From Anaerolineae bacterium (GTDB taxonomy: Bacteria > Chloroflexota > Anaerolineae > Anaerolineales > E44-bin32), in contig DUET01000078.1 in assembly GCA_011192015.1 (NCBI GenBank), positions 14,854 to 78,853 of the forward strand: a DNA stretch of 64,000 nt, written 5' to 3'. Positions 19,157-26,749 of the stretch are shown piece after piece (within the stretch, counting starts at the first letter, position 1; every line of letters starts with the position of its first letter). The position numbers and the translations under genes were made by a program. The notes beneath the pieces are model-generated. The model saw only the letters and a list, made by a program, of their open reading frames with translations, made no database searches and was not told the DNA's origin.

Positions 19157-19938
19157 AACCCACTTCCATTGCGGCCATCAATTTGTTGCCTTGGGTCGAA
19201 AAGAAGGCGACTTATTGCCGATTCATCCCATCGGAATTGTTGGAGCGCTTCGATATCGCTCCCGATTTCACGGACTCCAAAGGAAGATCACTCATCTCAC
19301 TGAGCTGTGAGGAGGGTTCAAGTGATGTCGAGGTTGATCTTCGTCATATGGTCGATGCTGAGGACCCCCTGCTCTATGCACACCTGACGGATACGATCAA
19401 TGGGCAGATCCATGTTTTGCTCTACGTTGTGAATGATCCCGAAGGACCACGTTTTGATGTCGATCGCATGCCGGATGGCAGTCCCACACGCTTCGGGATC
19501 CTGCAGCGCAATATCGAGGCTGAGATCGCTGCCATGCGCGCTGGATTAGCGCCTGGGCAGGTTCGGCGAGGGCTTCGCCTTCTCCAACACTCGACACCCG
19601 CTTTTGAAGCTTTTGTCGAATCCCTCGGTCATGATCTGTTCTTCGTCGAACCCCTCTCCTACCACAATGCAGTTATCTTCGAACGTTATGGAATGGGATA
19701 TGTTCGTGGGCAGAAGCTCATGGAACATGTTCATGCTGAATTCCAAGAAGGCTGCTCGTTGCGGAGTATGCTGGACGCGTCCTCCCCATTCCGCATGCCT
19801 GAATATGCGTCCTCGATTCGAGGACGTAGTTGGGCCATCCATGACGGGATTCTCGGCCAGGTATTTTCGGACGTAACGATGTACAAGCAAATACGAAGGA
19901 GCGCCGGCGTCGACACCTTTCCCAATGCGATCTGGTGA
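19153..19938 (+). CDS. Hypothetical protein (261 aa) translationally coupled to smpB
   Basis: ATGA start/stop overlap with smpB. Soluble, with no motif I recognise confidently. The C-terminal FFVEPLSYHNAVIFERYGMGY weakly resembles a GNAT motif. Confidence 0.65.
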   Translation: MKPTSIAAINLLPWVEKKATYCRFIPSELLERFDIAPDFTDSKGRSLISLSCEEGSSDVEVDLRHMVDAEDPLLYAHLTDTINGQIHVLLYVVNDPEGPRFDVDRMPDGSPTRFGILQRNIEAEIAAMRAGLAPGQVRRGLRLLQHSTPAFEAFVESLGHDLFFVEPLSYHNAVIFERYGMGYVRGQKLMEHVHAEFQEGCSLRSMLDASSPFRMPEYASSIRGRSWAIHDGILGQVFSDVTMYKQIRRSAGVDTFPNAIW

Positions 19939-20041
19939 ATAAAATTTCGCATAGCCTGTCTTTATCACGGAAATAATCGATATGGGAAATATTAACAATG
20001 TATGGCTATGCGCATTAATATTTCTGTATGCTCATTCTTTA

Positions 20042-20050
20042 TGCTATAAT
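20042..20050 (+). promoter_or_regulatory. Extended -10 promoter TGCTATAAT of ssrA
   Basis: The exact 9-mer ends 7 nt before the tmRNA 5' GGGG. Confidence 0.6.
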
Positions 20051-20057
20051 TCTGCTA

Positions 20058-20456
20058 GGGGATGACAGGCTTCGACGGGGGTGGATTGCCACGACTTGCA
20101 AGCCGAGAGGCGCCGAACTCGATAAATCAGCGCACACTTACAAGTGCCAATCGCACTGACTTTGCGGCTCTTCCACTAGCGGCCTAACCTCCGCAAACGG
20201 TAGAACCCAAACGCCCGGCCTGGCTGGGCACGCTCCCCGGGTCGCCCTCATCCGATCCGGGATCAGCGACAGATGGATGAGGTGCCGCATAACAAGCCAC
20301 GGGTTCATGCGAAAGAGGCCGAGAGGTCCAGTGGCTGGCCAGAAGGTGAAACCCAGTTTGCCAGGTGCCTTCTGGTGAGATCAAAAGGCAGACTAAGCTT
20401 GTAGACGGTTGATGGAAGAAACCTTCGGACGCGGGTTCGATTCCCGCCATCTCCAC
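20058..20456 (+). ncRNA. ssrA: tmRNA (SsrA)
   Basis: 5' end GGGGATGACAGGCTTCGACGGGGG. 3' end GGACGCGGGTTCGATTCCCGCCATCTCCAC. Acceptor stem with a G3:U70 pair. Internal tag ORF GCC AAT CGC ACT GAC TTT GCG GCT CTT CCA CTA GCG GCC TAA (20146-20187) encodes ANRTDFAALPLAA. Confidence 0.92.
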
Positions 20457-20460
20457 AAAA

Positions 20461-20500
20461 GAAACCCTCGCGATTGGCGAGGGTTTCTCTGTTTTCGTTT
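20461..20500 (+). terminator. Rho-independent terminator of ssrA
   Basis: GAAACCCTCGC-GATTG-GCGAGGGTTTC followed by TCTGTTTTCGTTT. Confidence 0.8.
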
Positions 20501-20510
20501 CCGGATTTCA

Positions 20511-21161
20511 TCAATCTACATTCTCTATTCGCCATCCTCGCCCCCTAACCGTTACAATAAACGATTGATCGCTGTCGTATTCCTCAAGTCGATCTCTCAA
20601 CCTACGCACAAGCGCGTCAATGGCCTGGTCAGACACACCCTCCGCCGAGGTACCCTCCCATACATAGGCAATCATTTCTTCACGAGATACGACTCTGTTT
20701 GAATTCTTGTAAAGCAACTCCAAGAGACGATATTGGGCAGCGGAAAGCGGCGGCGATAATTCCTCACCTCGCACGAACACCCTGCTTCCCAACAAGTCCA
20801 TCCAAAGCCTGCCCTCTCCGATGGGTTCGGAGAGCTGCACTGTCGCCTCGGATTCAAGGAAGGCCATCTTCACCGCCAGGGCCACTTGAATTTCATCTCC
20901 ATCCTGCAATCGTTGAGGTTCATCTATGCGTGTTCCATTCAAGTAAGTTCCGTTCTTGCTTCCTAAATCCTCCAGCACATACCCCTCAGGACCTCTGACC
21001 AAACGAGCATGTTTTCGTGATATCTGCCGATCCGCAACCACCAAATCACATCCCGGAGATCTGCCGATGATGAATTCATCCGCATCAAGCAGCCATCGCG
21101 TGGCTTGATAGACTCCGTCAAGACCAATCAATACGGGTATGTCGACTGCCATCTCCATCAC
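20511..21161 (-). CDS. FHA domain + OmpR/PhoB-type winged-helix transcriptional regulator
   Basis: FHA domain: GRSPGCDLVVADRQISRKHARL...GSKNGTYLNG. C-terminal trans_reg_C domain: LSAAQYRLLELL...VSREEMIAYVW...IDALVRRLRDRL...TVRGRGWRI. GTG start with AGGAGG upstream. Confidence 0.85.
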   Translation of the reverse strand: MMEMAVDIPVLIGLDGVYQATRWLLDADEFIIGRSPGCDLVVADRQISRKHARLVRGPEGYVLEDLGSKNGTYLNGTRIDEPQRLQDGDEIQVALAVKMAFLESEATVQLSEPIGEGRLWMDLLGSRVFVRGEELSPPLSAAQYRLLELLYKNSNRVVSREEMIAYVWEGTSAEGVSDQAIDALVRRLRDRLEEYDSDQSFIVTVRGRGWRIENVD

Positions 21162-21287
21162 CGTCCCCCCCTCCTACTGGTGTCCAACCTGCCAATCGTG
21201 AGTATAATCTTTTTGTGCGCAGATTCACGAAGGCATCCGCTCCAAGTCATCGCTCTTCCCGAAACCGATTGCGCATTTGAGGTTCAC

Positions 21288-22271
21288 ATGGCCGCAGCCA
21301 TTCAACCCGATCACATCCTCCGAGATCGCTATGCCGTTCGCGAGATCATAGGTCGTGGCGGTATGGGATCCATATACCTGGCTGAGGACAATCGTCTCCC
21401 CGGTCGTCTCTGCGCCATCAAAGAAGTGCACCACGATCTTGACACGCCTGAAGAATTCCGCGCACAAACTCGTGAGCAATTCTATCGCGAGGCATCCGTG
21501 CTTGCCCGTCTGGATCACCCCAACCTTCCCAAGGTCTCCGATTACTTTTCAGAGGAAGACCGCGATTTTCTGGTCATGGACTATGTTCCGGGTGAAGACC
21601 TGAAGTCGCTCATGTTAGAGGCACATTCCCATGGAAAGACGCTTCCCTCATCCGATGTCCTCTCATGGGCGCTTCAATTAGGCGATGCCCTTCGTTACCT
21701 TCACAGTCAGGATCCGCCCGTTATTCATCGAGACATCAAACCCAGCAATCTGAAGCTCACACCCAATGGGCTCATCAAGCTCGTCGATTTTGGTCTCGTC
21801 AAGCAGATGGTTCCTGATGAAATGACCATCACCGTCATACAGGGTCGAGGCACTGCCTTGTACACCCCCCTCGAACAATACGGGGGCGACACGGGTCACA
21901 CCGACCCTCGTTCCGACATTTATGCCTTCGCCGCCACCCTTTATCACCTGCTTACCGGACACGCTCCCATCGCTGCGAAGCAACGCTTCCTGCGCTCGGA
22001 TGTGCTTTCAGCTCCTCGCGAGTTGAATCCTCGTCTTTCCACTCGCGTCGACCATGCCATTCTCTGGGCTATGAGCCTTCACCCCGATGACCGCCCTCAG
22101 GATATCCAATCTTTCCTCGATGCGATATCCACTGGCGCCGTCCGCTCTCTTTACTCCCCCTCCTATTCCGTATCCATTCTCAATGCACTGATTCCAAGCG
22201 AAATAGATCGCATCCTCGCCTCGCTTGCGCTTGCGCTGCTTCTTTTTGGCGCTGTGCTCACCTTTCTCTAA
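21288..22271 (+). CDS. Ser/Thr protein kinase, C-terminal tail-anchored
   Basis: GRGGMGSIYLA...CAIKEV, HRDIKPSNLKL, DFGLVK. A single C-terminal TM helix (ILASLALALLLFGAVLTFL). ATG 21288 with GAGG upstream. The track ORF starts at a TTG at 21105. Confidence 0.88.
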   Translation: MAAAIQPDHILRDRYAVREIIGRGGMGSIYLAEDNRLPGRLCAIKEVHHDLDTPEEFRAQTREQFYREASVLARLDHPNLPKVSDYFSEEDRDFLVMDYVPGEDLKSLMLEAHSHGKTLPSSDVLSWALQLGDALRYLHSQDPPVIHRDIKPSNLKLTPNGLIKLVDFGLVKQMVPDEMTITVIQGRGTALYTPLEQYGGDTGHTDPRSDIYAFAATLYHLLTGHAPIAAKQRFLRSDVLSAPRELNPRLSTRVDHAILWAMSLHPDDRPQDIQSFLDAISTGAVRSLYSPSYSVSILNALIPSEIDRILASLALALLLFGAVLTFL

Positions 22272-25068
22272 TCCTCCGCCTGATCATCTCTGCTGAAGCC
22301 CATATCCCCATTCCCATCATGCCGCTCACTAAAGTCACAAGCAGGCTTGCCGGCCACCCAGCCCACTCTAGAAATTCTTCACTTCCGGCCAATCCCATTG
22401 CCATGTAGTCGTAGGCTGCAAGTGCGAAAACTGCTCCCACGAGCGCATATCGGTAGGGCGCGCTTTGACTTCCCCTTCCCCATTTTGTCCACGTAATGTA
22501 GCCCGTTCCTGCAACGATTACCATCCCCGCCAGCCCCATCACGAGATCCAGAAAACCCAATCCATATGTGGATGTTCCAACGGGATCGAACCCTTGGCCG
22601 CCCTCGGTTCCTCCTTGGCTGATTTCCTGGGTCTCTCTGGGTGTCGTCGTCATTCGAATGATCGGCGTGGGAGCGATCACCGTCACAAAGGCTGGAACAC
22701 CTTCTTGCACATCGAGCTGCAGGATCTCCGAAGTGCGGGCCATCTCACTGGAGGCTTCTATTGTCAACATCCCAAGCCGATCCAGCGTCAGACTCACGTT
22801 GGCATAGCCGTCCTTTGTCGTCGTATCGACTTGCACCGGTGCCACTTCGGCTGCCTGATATGAAAGCGCAAACCTCACCGGCGTTCCATCAGGAACAGGA
22901 TTTCCGTTCGCATCCACGATGATCCCGGCTTCCACGTAGATCAAATCTCCACTTCTGAATCCGCTCGGCGTAGCCTCGATCACATCGCCTGCGTCGTTCG
23001 ATCTCACCTCCAGCGAGATCACCTGGTTAGGATCGGGCGCCAATATTTCAATCAAGTCATATCCCACTGCAGGAATATTTACAGGGGACGCCCCGAGTGC
23101 CGGCAATTCTTGGAACAGCAAGCGCGCGGTAACTTCAACAAACACCGCGGAACTTGAATACAACGCGTAATAGGCATCCACCTTGCTGATATCCGTTGCA
23201 TCCGAGTCGTAGGGCACATCGTATGAAAAGACCACGACTTTCTTGTCTCTTAATAAATCCGTTCTTCGATCCAACAGTAATTTCAATGCGTTGGATCCAA
23301 ACACATCATCCGAACTTCGCAGCACGGAGAAGACAATCCAATCCGCGGAATCCAACCATGATCCAAGCAGAATGGAAGGCGACATCGTTCCAGCAATCTC
23401 AGGTGGTGGTTCATCGCCCAAGAACAATGCCAGCTCGGCCATACTGAAAGAGACCAGATCGCGTTCCGCGATCTGCCTCGTACCCCTGGGTCCGTAAAGA
23501 TTCAGGATCCTTTCCGCCAGGTCGTTGATGCCAATCTGGTCGCGTGGTTGACAATCACTGCATTGTTTGATTTCACGCACATCAGTGAAGAAGGCGATAC
23601 GCTCCCCTGTGGTTGGGGGCTCCCCCAATTTATCGAGCAATTCCTCAGGCGATGGGTTGACAAGAGTTGCCCCTTCTCTTGCGATCTCCAGAGTAACCTC
23701 TCCGCCATTGCCAACGTTTACATCGGCGCCTTCACCGGGGCGTATCCTTGAGGATTGGAAATTCCCACCATAGATTCTCAGCTTTAGAGTGAGGATTCTC
23801 AATACAGCATCGTTCACCCTCTCAGCAAATACCTGATCATCCATGTATTTCTGTTCGAAAAACTCCAATGTCCTCTTGATGCTTTCGATGCCCGAGGGAT
23901 CATTCTGTGATTCGAAGCCCGTGATCTGGATCAGATCATTTCCTGCAATCAGGGCATCTCTGGCCACGAGATGGCCATTGAATACTGTCTCCGATGGATC
24001 ATAGAAGCGTCGAATGGATCTGGCTCCTAGGCTGTCGCTAACAACAACGCCTCCTGCTTCATGCCAGGATGAAAAGCCCTCCAGCCCAATCAACACCAGC
24101 AGAGTTTGCGCATCAAGACTTACGGGTCGCGTTGTGCTTCGGATATTCCCCTGCAAGCCCTGGTATCGAATATGAGATGTCATCAGTCCGTCGACAACTT
24201 CGAGCCCATTTCCCGGGGCATCATTTGTCACCGCGTCAAACGGCACGAGTTCAATTTGAATGAGTTGTTCCAACGATCTCCTTATCGTGGCAACTTCGAT
24301 CAACGTATCACGATCGCTTCCCCCCATTCCTGGGAAATGCTTTGCAATAACCGCCAATCCCCCGCTGGAACCTTCATGCAATCCTGTGACATAGGCCTTC
24401 CCCATCAAACTCACCCAAAATGGATCGCCACCAAATGTCTGAACCCCTAAATCTCCTTCACCCACAATTCGGGGATCTTCCAAGATGTCAAGCGAGGGCC
24501 CAAGCAGCATGTTGAATCCCAAGGCGCGCAATTCAGATCCCAACACCTCGCCCACATCGTGTGCTAATTCGCTATTCCAAGTTGCACCTATAGCCATCGC
24601 GGAGGGTGTTTCCGTAATTCCAGAGAAGATTTCTCCATAGGGGGCTCCCCCGCCTTCCTGCTCGATCCCAATCAAGAGGGGAATGAAATCTGCACGTCGC
24701 GCGTCCCGACTTTCCGGGCTGATGACAGTTTCCTTCAATGATGACTCATATTCGCATTGCTGCAACGCCGAAACAAGCGCCCTGATTCCGTTCAGGGTGT
24801 CAGGCGCATCCACGAAGTTATCGTTTTCAGCCGAAAGAATGACACCCGATATGTGTTGATCTTCGATCAACTCCCGAATGGGGTGTTCATCATTCAATAC
24901 GCTTCCCTGCATATCCACAATGAATAATTGGCCGATCCGTTCCGCGGGCGTCATTTCCTCCAGCAATCTCTCGGCGTCATCCAAGGTTTGTTGCGCGGTG
25001 GAATAAGGCAATCCCGAGGAACCCATGCCAATCGCAAAGATCAGGGTGACGATCATCAGTTGGCGCAT
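22258..25068 (-). CDS. Glycoside hydrolase family 3 (NagZ/beta-hexosaminidase-like) with long C-terminal extension and three C-terminal TM helices
   Basis: Signal peptide MRQLMIVTLIFAIGMGSS. GH3 N-domain motifs GFNMLLGPSLDILEDPR and KHFPGMGGSDRD. The 3' end overlaps the kinase gene by 14 nt (convergent). Confidence 0.8.
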   Translation of the reverse strand: MRQLMIVTLIFAIGMGSSGLPYSTAQQTLDDAERLLEEMTPAERIGQLFIVDMQGSVLNDEHPIRELIEDQHISGVILSAENDNFVDAPDTLNGIRALVSALQQCEYESSLKETVISPESRDARRADFIPLLIGIEQEGGGAPYGEIFSGITETPSAMAIGATWNSELAHDVGEVLGSELRALGFNMLLGPSLDILEDPRIVGEGDLGVQTFGGDPFWVSLMGKAYVTGLHEGSSGGLAVIAKHFPGMGGSDRDTLIEVATIRRSLEQLIQIELVPFDAVTNDAPGNGLEVVDGLMTSHIRYQGLQGNIRSTTRPVSLDAQTLLVLIGLEGFSSWHEAGGVVVSDSLGARSIRRFYDPSETVFNGHLVARDALIAGNDLIQITGFESQNDPSGIESIKRTLEFFEQKYMDDQVFAERVNDAVLRILTLKLRIYGGNFQSSRIRPGEGADVNVGNGGEVTLEIAREGATLVNPSPEELLDKLGEPPTTGERIAFFTDVREIKQCSDCQPRDQIGINDLAERILNLYGPRGTRQIAERDLVSFSMAELALFLGDEPPPEIAGTMSPSILLGSWLDSADWIVFSVLRSSDDVFGSNALKLLLDRRTDLLRDKKVVVFSYDVPYDSDATDISKVDAYYALYSSSAVFVEVTARLLFQELPALGASPVNIPAVGYDLIEILAPDPNQVISLEVRSNDAGDVIEATPSGFRSGDLIYVEAGIIVDANGNPVPDGTPVRFALSYQAAEVAPVQVDTTTKDGYANVSLTLDRLGMLTIEASSEMARTSEILQLDVQEGVPAFVTVIAPTPIIRMTTTPRETQEISQGGTEGGQGFDPVGTSTYGLGFLDLVMGLAGMVIVAGTGYITWTKWGRGSQSAPYRYALVGAVFALAAYDYMAMGLAGSEEFLEWAGWPASLLVTLVSGMMGMGIWASAEMIRRRIRER

Positions 25069-25130
25069 CTTTTGTCAGTATACCTTTGGGGGGGAAAATG
25101 GTGCAAGATAGCTTTGGCGCTCTCCTGCGC

Positions 25131-25967
25131 TTATTGCGAATGCCCGGAACCTTCCCTCTGCAATATCAAGCGCATTGCCTTTCTTCTCGCGGATCCTGCC
25201 AGCGCTTCTAAATGCCGTATTCCCAATGGATCGATTTTTTCTCTAAGCAGTTTGATCTCTTCCTTCGTTGGTGGTTCCGTTGTCTTCAAATCCGGTGCAG
25301 TCTGGATCGCAAATCCAGTTTTTGCCCTTATCCTCTCAACGCTCACCCCAGGGAAATTTCGAATCAACCTCATCCTTCCATCTTTGAAATCAAACTCCCC
25401 CAAATTGGATACCAGGTAAATCGCACCATGACCTCTCCTTCTTTCCTCATGATGCCCCAGCCCTGAACAGAAATCTAATTGTTCCACGAATGTTACCTTC
25501 GAATGCCTCGGGACATACAAATAAACTCCGTCTAAATGGGTTGTTACATCCGGAATGCCTCCTGTTCCCGGCATTCTCAATCTTGGCTTTCGGTAATCCT
25601 TTCCAAATGCGATGTTGTTGAAGTTACCATGACTATCCACTTGGCCCGGCCGGAAGAACTCTTTGGGTTTCACCCTGGGAAGAAGATCTGCCGCCGCCCG
25701 CACAAATCCGATGGTGATCACGGCTTGATCCAGCCACAACGCTTCGACATGGGCCAATCCAAATGGTGCCCCCTCCCTGCATATGCTCTGCCCTATGGCC
25801 GATGCGAAATAGACATTCGGCGCATGCGTGTATCTGGCCAGAAGATAGCCTGCAGCCACCAGGGGGGTTGCCAGGCCTTGGGCCAGCACTTCTCCATCCT
25901 GAACCTGCCGTGAAATGCAGACACAAATCAAATCATCTGTTGTGTAATCCCCTGCTTCTTGACTCAT
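25131..25967 (-). CDS. CoA-transferase beta-subunit-like protein (GctB/3-oxoacid CoA-transferase B family)
   Basis: Family-typical THAPNVYF, QVDSHGNFNN and RMPGTGGIPD, plus the C-terminal TEPPTKEEIKLLREKIDPLG. No alpha subunit is adjacent. Confidence 0.7.
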   Translation of the reverse strand: MSQEAGDYTTDDLICVCISRQVQDGEVLAQGLATPLVAAGYLLARYTHAPNVYFASAIGQSICREGAPFGLAHVEALWLDQAVITIGFVRAAADLLPRVKPKEFFRPGQVDSHGNFNNIAFGKDYRKPRLRMPGTGGIPDVTTHLDGVYLYVPRHSKVTFVEQLDFCSGLGHHEERRRGHGAIYLVSNLGEFDFKDGRMRLIRNFPGVSVERIRAKTGFAIQTAPDLKTTEPPTKEEIKLLREKIDPLGIRHLEALAGSARRKAMRLILQREGSGHSQ

Positions 25968-25969
25968 CG

Positions 25970-26749
25970 TTAGTTTCTCGAATATTCCTCGTCTCGATAA
26001 ATCATCCTTGCCACATCCGGCACATCGGTGATCAACCCGTCCACACCGATTGCGATCATTTCGGACAACCTGCTGATCTCATTGACCGTCCACACGTTTA
26101 CGGCTTTTCCTTTAGCGCGCTCTCGATCGATCAACTCCTTTGTAACAAGTCTCTTCTCTGGATGCAGAGCCTCATATGGCGTTAATGCTCGCAACAATCC
26201 TCGAATCCATCTGGGCTCCTGAGGCAGCAGAAGCAATCCCAGCGGAATTTCTGGCGCGAATTTCCTGGCTTTCGCCAAAGCGATCGGGTTGAAAGATGAG
26301 AATAAAACCCTTCGCTCCAGTCCGTGATCTTTCACGAGTGAGATCACTTTTCGTGGCAACTCATCCAGCGGCGATCCGTAGTTGGTCAATTCTACGTTGA
26401 TGAGCAGGATTTCCCCAAGCTCCAGAAATACTTCTTCCAGTGTTGGGATCCTCTCACCCGCGAACTCCTCTGAGAAGAACCTGCCGGCATCCAGTTTGCT
26501 GATTTCACCCAGGGTGTGATGGCGTAATTTGCCGTGTCCGGTCGTGGTCCGATCCAGGGTTTGATCGTGCAATACAACAACAACGCCATCAGCCGTTAAT
26601 TTCGCATCCAGCTCGATGGCGTCTGCACCCAATTTGGCGGCCTTACGGAACGCCGCCATGGTATTCTCTGGCGCAACCTTGGATGCTCCCCTGTGCGCAA
26701 TGATTCTTGGACGATTCGCAGCCCATTCCGAAACCGCTGCGTCGTTCAT
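25970..26749 (-). CDS. Glycerophosphodiester phosphodiesterase
   Basis: IIAHRGASKVAPENT, ELDAKLTADGVVVVLHD, VNVWTVN. Confidence 0.88.
   Translation of the reverse strand: MNDAAVSEWAANRPRIIAHRGASKVAPENTMAAFRKAAKLGADAIELDAKLTADGVVVVLHDQTLDRTTTGHGKLRHHTLGEISKLDAGRFFSEEFAGERIPTLEEVFLELGEILLINVELTNYGSPLDELPRKVISLVKDHGLERRVLFSSFNPIALAKARKFAPEIPLGLLLLPQEPRWIRGLLRALTPYEALHPEKRLVTKELIDRERAKGKAVNVWTVNEISRLSEMIAIGVDGLITDVPDVARMIYRDEEYSRN

Noticed and set aside
15958-20456. Integrase-mediated island inserted at the tmRNA gene.
   Set aside because: The integrase is 3 kb from ssrA, separated from it by smpB and a response regulator, and on the 5' side. No duplicated ssrA 3' end or att-like repeat was seen.
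20184-20535. Minus-strand ORFs 20184..20456 and 20305..20535, and + ORF 20409..20702.
   Set aside because: They overlap the tmRNA gene and its terminator. No SD and no protein-like features.
21105-21287. TTG-initiated 61-codon extension of the kinase ORF.
   Set aside because: It overlaps the divergent FHA gene start and a TATAAT box at 21203-21208. The kinase homology begins right after ATG 21288.
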